From NCBI RefSeq assembly GCF_009914755.1, contig NC_060930.1: a stretch of 64,000 nt of DNA. The stretch is one strand, 5' to 3'. The translations under genes and the position numbers were made by a program. Shown one piece after another: positions 38,177 to 52,306 of this stretch. This DNA is from the human T2T-CHM13v2.0 reference genome, Homo sapiens. Within the stretch, counting starts at the first letter, position 1. Every line of letters starts with the position of its first letter. The notes under the pieces were generated by a model. The model did not search any database, was not told where the DNA came from, and saw only the letters and a program-made list of their open reading frames with translations.

Positions 38177-39282
38177 GACATGCAGTCATATTTTTTAGAT
38201 AGATCCTTGACTAGCAGTTGGTAGGGGAGTATAGTTTAATGTAGCCTCAGTCAAGTTTGAAAATTTTTAAAAGTAAGTAAGAGATCTATTAGATTTTAAC
38301 TTCCCTTTAATCATTCACTGCATATTGAGCATTTTTTTCCCCTCTCCACATCCTATGAAAGTAGAGTGTGCCACACAGGAATTTTAAAATGCTTTTAATC
38401 TGTAAATGTTCCAGTCCCCCCTGTTGGGGATTCAAGTTCCAGCACTCTTTTTAAATTATACTCAAGAATGCTATTCTGAAAATGGAAAATAAATACTTTT
38501 AAAAGATTAGGTGTCAATTTCAACAACTTTAGGATTTCCTATACGTTTTCAATATTTTAAAAGTATTCAATAGATATACTTGGGTGTAGTTGACTAAAAC
38601 TGATGAGATTATCTTTTTTTCTATTTTACCTTTAGTAACATGCCAATCACTAATGAATTATAAAAAGCAATCTTTTCAGTGTTACTTGTTTACATATGTT
38701 CTTCATTTAAGTTGTAGGTAGGTGAAACAGATCAATTTTTTGTCTGGAATTTATTCAACCCAAAAGTTTCTCTGAAATTCCTCTTTCAGAGACATATGGA
38801 AATCACTCCTTATTTATAGTTATGGCTCATATTTAAGAAAAAATGATAATACATAGTTTGATCTCTTGCCTAATACTTTGAGTGATAATGACTTACTGTA
38901 AGCCATACCTTTTCTCAAAAGATGAGGATTTGGCATCATTTAGAAAAACTGTCTTCTGGATAATAGGCATTTCTTGTTAAATTCTAAAAATACTTTGAAT
39001 CTTAAAAGCATCAACTAAATTAATGAATAAACCTTTCAAGACCACTGTAAGGGAAGCCCCATATTTAGATATATAAGTTGTATTTCATTCTTAAGAAAGA
39101 AAATTCTTTATAGATTGGTGTTGAAAATGTAAATGAAACATTTTTTTAAATTTTTGCTTATGAGACTTGAAATTTGAATGTTCAAAAATAAACTGTGTAA
39201 CTCTTTATAGAATTCTGGGGTAATTATGGTCTCAAACTCCACATTACAAAGTTAACAACCATCCAGTATCAAAATAGGAGCT

Positions 39283-39550
39283 TTTTTTTTTTTTTTTGAG
39301 ACAGGGTCTCACTCTTGCCCAGGCTGGAGTGCAGTTCACTGCAACCTCCTGGGTTCAAGCAATTCTTGTGCCTCAGCCTCCCAAATAGCTGGGATTACAG
39401 GCATGCACCACCATTCCCAGCTAATTTTTGTGTTCTACGTAGAGACGGGGTTTTGCCATGTTGGCCAGGCTGGTCTCGAACTTCCAGCCTAAGCAGGCCT
39501 ACCTCTGCCTCCCAAAATTCTGGGATTAGAGGCGTGAGCCACCGCGCCAA
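39283..39550 (-). mobile_element. Alu
   Basis: Alu consensus, reverse; CAAAATAG flanks. Confidence 0.9.
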
Positions 39551-40669
39551 GACAAAATAGCATTCTTTGTAAGCATTTTGTTTCAGGTCCTTGATAGAGG
39601 CTAAATGAAGTTAAATACACAGCTAAGTGGCATAGTATGCCCTTGGAAATACAAGAAGGGAAAAAAAGTAAACCTTTTATAGTAATCAATTTAAATCTAA
39701 AGAATTTCATTTACAGACTGTAATGTTGAGAAAGCTAAATTAATGTTTGCATTGATTCTTTATAATGCTTACTAATGTGCAGTGTTGAAGTGCATTCAAG
39801 GAACAAGATATTCAGCAATCCACTTCTATAGTATTTTGCTTTCTCTGTAACAGGGTACTCTCCCTCTCCCCTTTTTCCTCCATCTCAATCCTCCAAATGG
39901 GTAATCCAATTACCCCAAAATGCTGCAAAAGTACTGCTTGAGGAAATGTTTGGAAGGATACTTCAACTATAAAAATAATTATTCTGAGATTCTATGTTGA
40001 CTTAATAAGGATAATTTTACAGGAGACAATCAAAATTAAGGATGTGAAAAAGAGATCTAATTACAAGGAGTCTTGATAAAAACTTGACTCTCCAAAAACC
40101 TTTTTTTTCCTATTTCAGTGCCTTAAAATTATTTTAAAAACAGACATTTTCATTATTTGATTTCTTGGCAATTCTTAAAGATTACTTTGATGATTGTGGA
40201 AACTATCATTCAGGGATATAGATGATAAGCCAAAATGCAAAGTTTTTAATCCTGTAGGTTTCGAGCCACTGTTGTGCTGCCAAATAAGTATACTCATTTG
40301 ATAAGCATTTAAATCTACCTAATTAAACCTGTATGGATTAATTGTACTAAAATGAAAATCTGGGTAAGATACAACTGAGCCTGCCAAGAAATACAAGCAG
40401 TGGATGTTAATCATATTTTATGTTCCTGAAAAAGTAAAAAATTACTGATGCTGAAATACTCCTAACTACAATTCCTCCTCTCAGCATCAACTTTTAAGCA
40501 AAATGAAGTATTTATCTTTGTCACAAAATTTAGCAGCTGCAAATATGTAAGTATTGCAAAAATTTCTAGAAATCTGTATTAAGCCCAGTTCTAGTGTTTT
40601 GGTAAAATTGGGGCATAAGACTTTTTCTAGTGTTGTTTATAAATGAAATATGAGAGTATCTTTTTTACA

Positions 40670-40949
40670 TTATTTATTTATTTATTTTTGAAATAGAGTC
40701 TCACTCTATCGCCCAGGCCGGAGTGCAGTGGTGCAATCATGGCTCACTGCTGCCTCAACCTCTGAGACTCAAGTGATCCTCCCACCTCAGCCTCCAAAGT
40801 AGCTGCGATTACAGGCGTGTACCACCATACCCAGCCAATTTTTTTAATTTTTTTGTAGAGATGGGGTCTTGAACTCCTGGACTCAAGTGATCCTCCCACA
40901 CTGGCCTCCCAAAGTGTTGAGATTACAGGTGTAAGCCACTGCGGCAGCC
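40670..40949 (-). mobile_element. Alu (J-like)
   Basis: TGAGA(G/A)TATCT flanks. Confidence 0.9.
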
Positions 40950-41326
40950 TGAGAATATCTAGTACCACTGGTAAAGGAAAAATGAGAGTATCTTTGTCAA
41001 TTGCTATTATTATAGCTTCTCTTTTTCCTTGGAAATGGTAAAAGGCAACAGAACTATCCATCACTTAGGATTTCAATAAATATAACAAATTTCAGTGACA
41101 TTTTTTCAGTTAGCATTACATGTTGTCTGCCTGAGAAGTAGGCACATGTTCTTCAGGTTTGAAATGTGAATTAAGGACTGCATATAGCGCTAGAATTCTG
41201 CACCTAGGTTATTAAATGTGTGGTGCAAAAAGGAAAGGGATTATTGGGGAGAGTTATAAATTGGAAGTCAAAGAAAGTCTTTGAAGCGAATCTTAGGTCA
41301 AATGACAGGTACCTGTACTTTTGAAA

Positions 41327-41615
41327 AGTGCCATCCAATAGAAATATAAAGTGAGCACATAATTTTAAAGTTATTTACTAGCCATATTTTTTTAAGGAAG
41401 AAGGAACAGCTGAAATTAACTTTAATAATCTAATTTAGTATATCCAAACTATCATTTCAACATGTAATCAATACAAAAACTAGTAACGAGATATCTTTCT
41501 TTTTTTCTTGCTAAGTCTTTGAAATCCAGTGTAATGTATACTTACAACACATCTCAGTTTGGATCAGCCACATTTCAAGTGTTTACTAGTTCATGTGTGA
41601 CTACCATATTGGAGA
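41327..41615. mobile_element. MER3/MER33-like hAT-Charlie element
   Basis: TCCAATAGAAATATAA...CAGCCACATTTCAAGTG...CTACCATATTGGA. Confidence 0.65.
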
Positions 41616-41812
41616 AAATAGAACTATAGAATTAGTCTGAAAGTGAAGGAGTGGTTAGGATTGTTGGGCTGTGGACTTTGCAAAGTATAGCATGGTGATT
41701 AATGCCAGGAGCTTACAAAGTTTAGCTTTTGAGCCAATATTGAAGGTAACCATTTTAAGCAGTTTATATGGCATTGATATCACAAATAAACAGAGCAAGA
41801 TTCTGAATGGAC

Positions 41813-41990
41813 TTGTTATGAACTGAATTATGTCCCCGCAAATTCCCACTAATGCCTTAACCCCCAGTACCTCAGAATGTGACTGTATTTGGAAAGAGAA
41901 CTTTAAAGGTGATTAAGTTAAAATCAGGCCATTAGAGTGGTCCATGATCTAATCTGATTGGTGTCCTTATAATAAGAATAAGAAATTTGG
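41813..41990 (+). mobile_element. MLT1 LTR 5' fragment
   Basis: TGTTATGAACTGAATTATGTCCCC...CCTCAGAATGTGACTGTATTTGG. Confidence 0.75.
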
Positions 41991-42288
41991 GCATGAACCC
42001 ATGGCCAAGATTGCCTTGTCTGTACTTCCACTCAGTCCCCAACCCCAACACCAGACTCTTGGATAATTTGGAAGCAAATTTCAGATTATAAATCTTTTCT
42101 TCTGTAACTATTTTAGGAAGTATTTTTAGAAGATAAAGACTCAACAAAACCCACAATACCATTAGCACACCTGCAAAAATGAAAACTTTCTTGTCATCAT
42201 TAAATATCCAGCCAACACACAAATTTCTCCAATAATCTTATTATTTTTTCACACTTTGTTGATTAAAATCTGAATCCAAATAACATTC

Positions 42289-42766
42289 TGTGATGGTTAA
42301 TTTTATGTGTCAACTTGACTGGGTTAAGGGATAGCCAGATAGCTGGTAAAACATTTCTGGGTGGGTCTGTGAGAGAATTTTCAGAAGAGACTAGCATTTG
42401 AAGCAGTAAACTGAGTACAGAAGAACCACCCTCATCAATATGGACAGGCATCATCCAATCTGTTAAGGGTTCCAATAGAATAAAAAGAGAAGGGCAAATT
42501 CTCTCCCTCTTGGGGCTGGGACATCCATCTTCTCGTGACTTCATTGAGCTTTCAGACTCCAAGATTACACCAATGGCCCCAGTTTCTCTGGCCTTCGGAC
42601 TCAGACTGAATTACAACATTGGCTTCCTTGGTTGTACAGCTTGCAGATGGGATGTTGTGGAACTTCTCACCCTCCATAATCATGTGAGCTGGCTTCCATA
42701 ACAAATTCCCTCTTATATACCCATATATATCCTCTTGGTTCTGTTTCTCTGGAGAACGCTAATACA
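42289..42766 (+). mobile_element. MLT2 (ERVL) solo LTR
   Basis: TGTGATGGTTAATTTTATGTGTCAACTTGACTGGG...CTGGAGAACGCTAATACA; TSD CATTC/CATCC. Confidence 0.88.
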
Positions 42767-43184
42767 CATCCATAAATTGCATCTGGTAAGCATATCTCCG
42801 AAGTGTCTTTAACCATGTCTTTATTTTTCCCTTGCAATTTATTTCTGCAAGAAACTAAATTGTTTGTTCTGTAGTTTCCATGGTATGAATTTTGCTTGAT
42901 TGTACCTCATGCTGTAGTTTAGTACATTCCTTTGTCTTTTCTGTGTCTCTTGTGTTTTATATAAATTGATGAATAGATCTAGAGGCTTGATCAGATTCAG
43001 GTTCAAAAGATGAAATCATAGATAATTGTGTATATTTCAACCAGGAGGCACATAATATTTAGTTGTTTCTTTTCTGTGTTCTATTCAAAGCCATTGCTTT
43101 TTGCTTAGATTCATTAATTAAATCAGGATTGCCACATCTTGTTATTGTAATTATCATTCCTTTCTCATTTATCTACTGAGTTAC

Positions 43185-43248
43185 TTTTTTTTTTAACTGC
43201 TCCTTGTGGAGCAGGGCTACCCATAGGCAGTGTGCCCACAATAGCTGA
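43185..43248 (-). mobile_element. Short polyadenylated LTR-derived retrocopy (ERV1/MER83-like, tentative)
   Basis: Minus strand GCTATTGTGGGCACACTGCCTATGGGTAGCCCTGCTCCACAAGGAGCAGTT+A10; TSD TACTGAGTTACT / TGCTCAGTTACT. Confidence 0.65.
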
Positions 43249-43267
43249 TGCTCAGTTACTGTTTTAA

Positions 43268-43417
<150 letters not shown>

Positions 43418-43564
43418 TAAAGAGGAACTTTCTTTCATTATCACCCATTTGGTTGTTCAAAGTACAATTTTTTATGGAAAGACAGAAAAAATGTTTGCTT
43501 CTTTCCCTTTAATTACTGATTTTCAGAATAGTTAGTTAATTCTCTAGTATTCTCCAAAGGTGAC

Positions 43565-43900
43565 TGATATGGTTTTGCTGTGTCCCCACCCAAATCTCAT
43601 CTTGAATTCTCATATATTATGTGAGGGACTGGTGGAAGGTAATTGAATCATGGGGGAAGGTCTTTCCCGTGCTGATAGTAGATAAGTGTCACGAGATCTG
43701 ATGGTTTTAAAAAAGGAGTTCCCCAGCACAAGCTCTTTTCCCTTGTCTGCTATCATGTGAGATGTGCCTTTCGCCTTCCACCATGATTGTGAGGCTTCCC
43801 CAGCCACACGTGGAACTGTAAGTCCAATTAAACATTTCTTTTGTAAATTGCCCAGTCATGGGTATGTCTTTATCAACAGCATGAAAACAGACTTAATACA
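43565..43900 (+). mobile_element. THE1-type MaLR solo LTR
   Basis: TGATATGGTTTTGCTGTGTCCCCACCCAAATCTCATCTTGAATT...TAATACA; TSD GTGAC (43560-43564, 43901-43905). Confidence 0.93.
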
Positions 43901-44970
43901 GTGACCAATGATTTTATTTGTTTGCTTAGTATCATTATTGACTCAGATTTAAACTTATTTTATGTAAGCAATATGTGATGCTCAAAATGATCCAAAGTAG
44001 ATTGTCTTTTAAAGTTAGTAATAGGACTCAATAAGTAAAATCAGTTTAAATTTATGGAGATGCTACTTCGGAATTTGCTAAAAGGTAAATGAAACTCAAT
44101 ATTTACTCAAATAAAATGGATTTACTTATAAGTGCTGTCATACGCCTAAATTTTAGTTGGGGTATCATGCTGAGAAGCCTTTCATTGTACACAATTTCAA
44201 AGAAATGAGAGTCATGGCAACTTTTTCTTACCTTCGAATTACTGCATTGTAGTTACATTTAAGTGTCATCAAACATTGATCAACATAACACGTTACTCCA
44301 TGTACTAAGAAAAATGTTTAGAAATTTACTAACATAAGGAGACTCAGCCATCAGCAGTCACTGGAGACGTATATGTTGGCACTTGGTGAAGCAGTACACT
44401 AAATAGAACATGTTGGTCAATAGGCAATACTAATTAACTTAGCAAAATATTAAAACTTTTATCATAGAATATAGATCAAGAAATTGGCAATTTTTAAGGA
44501 AAAAATATACTCACTGCGGAGCCCAAAGTGTCCTTTGGCAGGATTACTTCACAGCTTTATATAAAAAAAGAATTTTTGAGGATGTTAGATTTAAGTGACC
44601 ACGGGGTAACATTTCTTTCTAAGTAAATCACCAACTAGAGCTATTTATTTTAGTGTATTTGAGAAACTGGGAGCCATTGGATGAGGCAATAGATCATCTA
44701 AAATAGGTAACATTTGAATAGAATTAAGGACTTCTGGTGAGATTATAATGAAAAAGAAGCCTATAGATTAAGGTCAGATTATACAATATTAATTATTAAC
44801 TGGAAAAACAATTATGTTAACAATGCCATTTTCCTCCAGTGTCTGAGGTACTATCTAGCTAGTTCATTACTTGGCTTACCATATACAATGAATGTCTTTT
44901 TTTCCTTTTCTCATTTGCTTCCTGATATTTTGAAAGCATGAGTTACTGCCGGGAAACAAGGGATACAGAA

Positions 44971-45030
44971 AAGACAGAGAAATGTATTAAGTGACAGTAG
45001 AAGACAGAGGAATGTATTAAATTACAGCAA
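44971..45030. repeat. 30-bp tandem duplication (AAGACAGAGRAATGTATTAA...)
   Basis: Two adjacent imperfect copies at 44971 and 45001. Confidence 0.85.
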
Positions 45031-45397
45031 CTGCATATGTTTAAAAATTTTCAGAACATTTTAAATGAGAATTTTTATGTTAATTTAAAAAATTAGTTGC
45101 TATATAGCTTCTAATTTAAAATTTTCACATGGTCTAGAAGCAAAATTTATTAGAACTCCAGTGATGAGTTTATTTAAAACAAACAAAAAATATACCAATA
45201 CTAGTTTATTTTCCAAACTATAGTGAGAAGTTGTTATTCATATATCTGGATTTGAATTATACATTTTTCAGCATTCTTACCACAGCACAAAGATTTTTTT
45301 CATGCTTAGTAATGTTTAGTGAACAGGAAGGACTTAATATAACAATCAGTAAGAAAGAATTCTAGCTTTCTAGCTGTAGTATTATCATATGAAAAAG

Positions 45398-45717
<320 letters not shown>

Positions 45718-47039
45718 TAAAGCATTTCTACCATAACTTCTTGAGACTTAAAACAGAGAAAAACATATTCATTGAGAAAATGCAGTTTTGATTTTTTATT
45801 GTTTAGATCAAGAATACGAACATTGAAACCAATTACTCATAAAGGGTGCTTCCTCTAGACCTTCTTATTGTCCTGAATTCCTATTTCATTAGCAAAAGTA
45901 CATTTACATGAAATATATATATATATATATATATTTCATATATATGAATCTGGCATAAATATGGATGCATACTTCCCATTATTAAAATTAGAATTCTTTA
46001 AACAAAACAAAATTTTCCTCTATTTTCAATTCTTGTCACTTCTGCCATTTGCTGCTTGAAGTCCTTAAAAAATATTATGTCTTCTGAATGCTTTCTAAGA
46101 CTATAGAGAATATTGGTTGAATGAGGTTTAGAGTTGGCTAAAGGAGGGCTTTTTTGACCAGAAGTTGATTCTCTGAAGTTTTTTGTGTGTCTTTAACTTG
46201 TTTTTTTCCACTGATTAATCTTTCATAGTATGTAGTTATAATGGTAACCATCACGTACATCTGACCTACAATAAAGAAGAAAATGGACAGAAAAAAGATT
46301 ATTAACTTTTCTTCCTTTTTTGTTCTTCTGTAGGTCTCATTCCTGTCAGTTAGACTTGAGGTCATGCTATTTCCTGTTGGGGTCACGAGGATGAATTAGT
46401 GATTAGACACTTAGGTGCTGGACTCAAAGGGACCTGGCTCCATCACATGCAAACTTTTTGTAAAAGAAGGTACATTGTTTTATAATGTGCGTTTTTGGTT
46501 GAATATTAAACTAAAACTTGAGAGCAATCTAGCTCAGGTAGACACTGGTGTCCTGAAATCATTTGCAATACATTTAAACTAAGATATACTAGATAAAGAT
46601 ATTAAAACAAAAGAAAAGGTTTAGATTTTATTCCATATTTCATTTATATTTTTACCAAACACCTATTGAATATCTAATATGTTCTAGGGAATGGACTTGG
46701 ATCTAGAAACTTAAGAGTGAATGTGCAAATGCCTAGAATCTGTTCTGGTAAGAAATTCACTTCAGTAAAAAACAATACTAATATTATCAATAATAATCCA
46801 TAATGTGATTTTTTAAAGCCAACTCATTTAATCTATTATATCTATATAATAGATTAGATTATAATCTAGACTGTATAATCTATAGTCTAGATTATAGACA
46901 TTTAATAAAAACAAATTGAATTTTGTAAAAAAAGTACTTAATATACCTAGTAAAGTTTTATATGCCAAGTTTGTATTTTAATAATATTTTTATTTTAATA
47001 AATATCAGGAAGAAATAAACATAAAACATAGGAAGTGCA

Positions 47040-47780
47040 TGTTCAGGTTATCTATTGTCATATTACAAACCACCTGAAAACTCAGTCGTATAAAACAACA
47101 ATTATTTTTAAATTTTTGAACAGCTTTATATATAATTGACATATAATAAACTGCACATTTTAAAGTGCACACTTTGATAAGCATACATAGGTACACACCT
47201 GTGAAACCATCGCCAAAATCAAGATCATGACCGTATCCACAAATTTCATGATTCTGTAGGTCAAGGATTAGAGCAGCCATAAGCAGAGAGTTTGTCCCTG
47301 ATACACGATGTTTTTGGCCACAGCTGTAGTTGTTTGGATAGCTGGGGGCTCCTGGGATGGCTAGAGTGGGATCATATGCCTGGAGTCTTCATTCTTCTCC
47401 ATTGGATGTTTGCTGGGATGAGAAGGTCCAAGATAGTCCTTTGATAATGTGTCGTGGTGCCTGGGCTGGGATGGCTGAAACACAGGAGACCTAGCAGAAA
47501 TTCTCTATACTCACCGCCATCTCCGGATAGTCAGACTTCTCACTCGGCAGCTGGCTTCCCCCAGGTCCGAAGTTCAAGAGACTTTCAAAAGACAGGAAGT
47601 GAAAGCTGCCAGTCTCTTTCAGCCTGAGCCCGAGACACTGGCACAGTTTTACTTCCACTATGCTTTATTGGTCAAAGCAGTCTCTGAGCCCACCCAGATT
47701 CTGGGAAAGAAGGACATTGACACCACCTCTTGATGAGATAATGTCAAAGAATTTTGACCATCTTTAAAGCACCACAACGC
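47040..47780 (-). mobile_element. Old MLT1-family LTR, with a short L1-like insert ~47105-47245
   Basis: TTATCTATTGTCATATTACAAACCACCTGAAAACTCAGTCGTATAAAACAAC is the reverse complement of an MLT1 3' end; TATTGGTCAAAGCAGTC...CCCAGATT toward the other end. Confidence 0.7.
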
Positions 47781-48260
47781 ATGTTGGATATTCTATATTC
47801 CTGAGTGAAAGAAGACTTCAATTTGGTCACATGAACAAACTATTTCTGTGTTTTACAAGGGCAATAGTAGGGAAAGGAGGTGGTAGTAATATCAGAATTT
47901 CCATCAACTCTTCTGTCTTCGTTGCTGTTTATCAAGTAATGTTCTTCAAACAAACTGGAGTTGCTATGCCTTGATATGGTATAAATGAGTGTGTTTTGGA
48001 TACAAATACACATGGTAAAGGTAATATGGTAAATACCATTGTTTATTTATATTATTTATATTATATTTATATTGTTTATTTATATTAATGGTATACTTTA
48101 GCCAAGTAAGTTTTTATCAAGATTCCAAAATATTATTGAGACATAATCAATTCAGTAAAAAACTATTTGAGATGGACACATCGGATTCTAGTGATGTTAC
48201 TCCCCCAGGGTCTTACCCTATTGGGAATCTATTGTATAACTCACATATAACTGTACCTTT

Positions 48261-48545
<285 letters not shown>

Positions 48546-50179
48546 ACTGTACCTTTATAAAAATTCCATCTTTTAAAAGTCTATAAATGGATCTGTTACA
48601 TTTTAACAAACTACTAGAGGTAATTTCAAATAGATCACTTCAAATTTTCTGAATAAATATAATCTGTTGTGAGGATAGCATCTTGAAGAAATGTTATCAA
48701 GCCGTGGTAAAAATATATCTTTCCTTATATGTTCAACCACCATGTGAAATGTGTGAATCTAGCATAAAATGCAGTAAAAAAAATTTTTTTTTAAGTCAGT
48801 GAAATAAACTAAGTAAATTTTTCAAGAGAATGTTTTTATTGTGATCTTTTGAGTAGCACAAGGGAAACACAAAGTATAAATACGGTTTTTATACATGGAA
48901 AGGGGACACGTGACTCATTTAAGAGGAGCTAAATAATTATTAACAATTGTTTGTATTATTTAAATATTTGTTCAATGGCAGTGGCTACTACTTGTAAAGA
49001 AAGAGATACCCCATATCATCCTTTTGGATTCCACTTAACCATAAATAGTCATCTTGGTGGCCCAGTGGCCCTTGTTTCATAAATTTCTCACTGTACCACC
49101 ATCCTAAAACATCTCTTCTGGCTAAAGCACACAGGAATGCAAAGAAGGAAGATAGACTCTTTATGAGTGCACATGTCCTTGCATACCTGTATTTCTATAT
49201 CAGGGAGATCACAAAGAACCATTAAAAATGTAAGCCATTTGGAACACTAGAGCTAGAGGAGTGGCCAGATGGTAAAGATCTTGATCATATAGTACATCTG
49301 AAGGTGATGTATAGGGGCAGGAAGTATCTGCCACAGAACAGAGTTTAAGGCAGCGACATTCCTTGGGAGAGAAGTGGCAGCACTAAAAACAAGCAGTGAA
49401 AGCACCACATTTCCTTTGTTTTGGGTATCTTATACCTTTGGTTACTGAATGCTAAAGTCAAATCTCACGTCTGTTTCTTTAAGAAGCTCATGTCAAGATT
49501 TTTATTATTATTTTTTATTTTTTACAAGTTTATATCATTTCCATGGAGTTGGGGGATCACGTAACCAAGGTGAAAAGCAATTAAAATTAATTATTGTGAT
49601 AGAGGTTAAGCTAGGTTAAAATACCTACCCAACCATCAACATTCCAGACTTCTAATGGAGATCTGTGTGTGCAGGGTGGTAAATAAGGGTTTGGCGTGTG
49701 GGGTATTAATTAATTAGCATCAGAAGAGAGAGAAGTCACACATGGTAGACAGTAAATATAGCTGGAGAAAAAAGACTCAAAAATATTTCTGTATTGCTGA
49801 GCCTTAAGTTCTAGAGTTTCAAACATGCTTGTTCAAAATGTAGCTTCTTTGTTCGTGGTCAACAAATTCCTCCCAGATGATGTCAGAAAGAGTGCCTTTA
49901 TCTTTGGAACCCAGTGCAGGCCTAAAGTTTATTTCATATGGTATCAATACTTACTGAGAGTGTTTTATATATGATCCATTGTGCTAGGTTTTCAGGACAC
50001 AGCCATGAAAAAGACAGGTTTCCTGCCCTTGAGAAGCACACAGGCAATAGGCAAGATTTTAAACATAATTAAATATAACAGAAAATGACCTAAAAAAGGA
50101 AATTCATATCTCAGAGAAGATTTAAGTGTTAAAAGATACAACAAAATTTAAATGTGAAGAAAAAGTGTTAGAAGAATCC

Positions 50180-51720
50180 AAGGCAGAATTTCTAACTATC
50201 AAAGTAGTTAAAATTTTGATAAATTTGACAACATAAAAGTAAAAAGTTATGCATGGCAAATAATACTCTAAGTAAAGCCAAAAGAAAAATGACAAACTGA
50301 GAAAAAATGTTTGCCACTCATAAATCAATGATTAAACTCCCTAAAGAGTTTTTATAAATCAATTTTTTAAAAAACCAACATCCCAGTAGAACCCAAGCAA
50401 AGAACATAGACTATTTAGAAAAAAGAAAATACAAATGGCTCTTAAATATATTAAAATATGATCAATGTTATTTTAAAAATGGAAATACAAATTAAAATTA
50501 TACCATTTTCTACCAATTAGATTAGCAAAAATCAGAAAGTTTAATAACATAGTATTAGTCAAGGTGTAGGAGAATAGTGACTTCATATATTACTGCTGGA
50601 AGTGTGTAGGTTAGTGAAATCTCCCAGATAACCATTTTGTAATATCTATCAAAACTGTAAGTGCATATTCTCTTATATCCGGAAATTCTAATTTTAGGAA
50701 CTCATCCCACAGATACAATCACACATGAAAAGTGACATATTTACATCATTATTAATTACAACATTGTTTATAATAGCAAAAGAGGAGAAACAACCTGAAT
50801 GTCCATCAGTAGAGGTTGGGTTAAATAAAACAACATATACCCACATGACGGATTACTATGTGTTTTGGTTATCTATTGATAGTCACAAACTACCCAAAAC
50901 ATAGTGGCTTAAAACAATAACAATTATTTATTTTCTCTCACAATTCCATGGGTGACTGGGCTTAGTTGAGAAGTTCTGTTCTGTGTGATGTCCACTAGGG
51001 TCATCACAGGGTCATCTGGAGAGTTAAATCAGCTGGAATATCCAAGATGGCTCCCTCACATGCCTGTTAGTTGGTGCTGGCTGTTGGACGGGAAATCAGC
51101 ATGGATTGTTGAACTGGAGGGTTTTAGCATTAGCTTTCTTCCATGTGGCCTCTCTTCATAGCTTGGGCTTCTTCCAGCATGGTGGCTAGCTTCCAACAGA
51201 GAGTTTTCTCAGGACATAAAGTTGTAGATATCTTAAGATCTCAAAAGCTGTAGATCTCAGAAATTATACAGCATCACTGCTACCTCATTCTATAGAGAAA
51301 AATAAGTTTCAGAGCCAGCCCAGATACAACGGGAGAAAAGTGGACTCTACCTCTTAATTAGAGAAGTGGCCAGGAATTTGTGGCAGTCTCTAATCTATAC
51401 TATGTATCTATAAAATAGAAAGAGGTAATACTTTATGTATGGATTTGGAATCATTTCTAGTACCTATTGTTAAGTGATGGGTGTATATCAGTACAGTATA
51501 GTGATACGTACATAATATAATATACTATGTATGTATGCAAAAAGTATGGGCACAGGGGAAGATGCAAGATTAATTACTTACATATTACATTAATATCTTT
51601 AGAAAATACACAAGAAACTGTGTAGTTAAGCACAAGAGTGTAAGAATGGTCACTAATTTATCTTTGTGCCTGGTGAAGTTTGAATAATATGAATGTATTA
51701 CCTTATTTTAAAAGTTAAAC
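50180..51720 (+). mobile_element. L1ME remnant hosting the MLT1 at 50858-51400
   Basis: ATTGTTTATAATAGCAAAAGAGGAGAAACAACCTGAATGTCCATCAGTAG is an L1M 3' motif. Confidence 0.65.
50858..51400 (-). mobile_element. Old MLT1-family LTR inserted in an L1ME fragment
   Basis: TTATCTATTGATAGTCACAAACTACCCAAAACATAGTGGCTTAAAACAATAAC...TCCAAGATGGCTCCCTCACATG. Confidence 0.75.
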
Positions 51721-51988
51721 TCTAAAAATTATAACAAGTATTATAGGCTACATTTCCTGAACTAAAAATTAAGAGATATTTGGTAGAAAGCAGGAAATTT
51801 GAAATACATTCCTAAAATATCTATCATTTTGATAGTGATTATATTCACAATGTGACTGACAGAGGAAGAGAATGATCCAGGGTGGCCACAACAAAGGGAT
51901 GGCTTTTGAGCTAGGTCTTGAAGAGTGAAATGATGACCTATAAATATTGGCAAGTTGCAGTAAGAAGACTGAAAAGGATCGAACCTGA

Positions 51989-52306
<318 letters not shown>

